The notes under the pieces were generated by a model. It did not search any database, was not told where the DNA came from, and worked only from the letters and a program-made list of their open reading frames with translations. A stretch of 63,774 nt of DNA, counting the filler, from Choristocarpus tenellus KU-1152 (taxonomy: Eukaryota; Protista; Phaeophyceae), in assembly GCA_964200185.2 (NCBI GenBank). It is 14 parts of 14 records of this genome, joined end to end, with 100 filler letters (N's around TTAATTAATTAA, not from the genome) between each part and the next. Parts side by side here need not be neighbours in the genome. Positions count along the whole stretch, not along the records: positions 60,057 to 63,774 come from CAXNAD020018321.1; 13 more parts are not named here. One strand, given 5' to 3'. The translations under genes were made by a program, and so were the position numbers. Positions 63,553 through 63,774 of this stretch are shown here, piece after piece; position 1 is the first letter of the stretch, and every line of letters starts with the position of its first letter.

Positions 63553-63774
63553 GAGTGGAAGTATCTTAGAGGGTATGAGTTTTGCCCTGTTTGTCCATTT
63601 GGGGCTTGGCTTCCCATGTTTTTCTATGACATTAGAGTCAAAGTATCTTAGAGGGTAGAGCCGCGTCCATTTGGCGGTCAAAATCCAATGTTGCGATTTT
63701 GTTGTAATTTGGCTATCGTATTTGTTAGGAAGTATCAATATCTATGTTTCGGACACACCTTTCATAGTGTATAC
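63553..63774. mobile_element. Two stacked family-A MITE ends (63553 and 63635)
   Basis: GAGTGGAAGTATCTTAGAGGGTA... is interrupted by GAGTCAAAGTATCTTAGAGGGTAGAGCCGCG. Confidence 0.85.

Overview
Eukaryotic, intron-rich and transposon-rich DNA, not prokaryotic. The window is 14 short contigs joined by an artificial 100-nt linker (N44-TTAATTAATTAA-N44), so neighbouring genes on different contigs cannot be assumed to be linked. Gene content, intron sizes (0.1-2 kb), TTAGGG-type repeats and TE types are consistent with a brown alga or related stramenopile (inference). Host genes reconstructed by splicing: a complete 4-exon RPA-interacting protein (RPAIN) convergent with the 3' four exons of SF3A3/Prp9; two Sec6/EXOC3 exons; the ankyrin C-terminus of an ACBD6/ACBP-like gene; one PEX19 exon; a 2-exon stand-alone PARP-type zinc-finger gene; and several unassigned exons. 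Mobile DNA: decayed CRE-type (RLE) non-LTR, Copia, two Gypsy elements, a DD39D-group mariner and a probable CxC/KDZ relic. There are also more than 20 copies of two sibling MITE families sharing an AAAGTATCT TIR core, and these sit at most contig breaks. The most notable signals are the MITE pair, an inverted repeat pair bracketing a frame-preserving Sec6 exon block, telomere-repeat insertions, a CpG-deamination signature and the lone zf-PARP gene. I cannot support a wholly new multi-gene system from this window.
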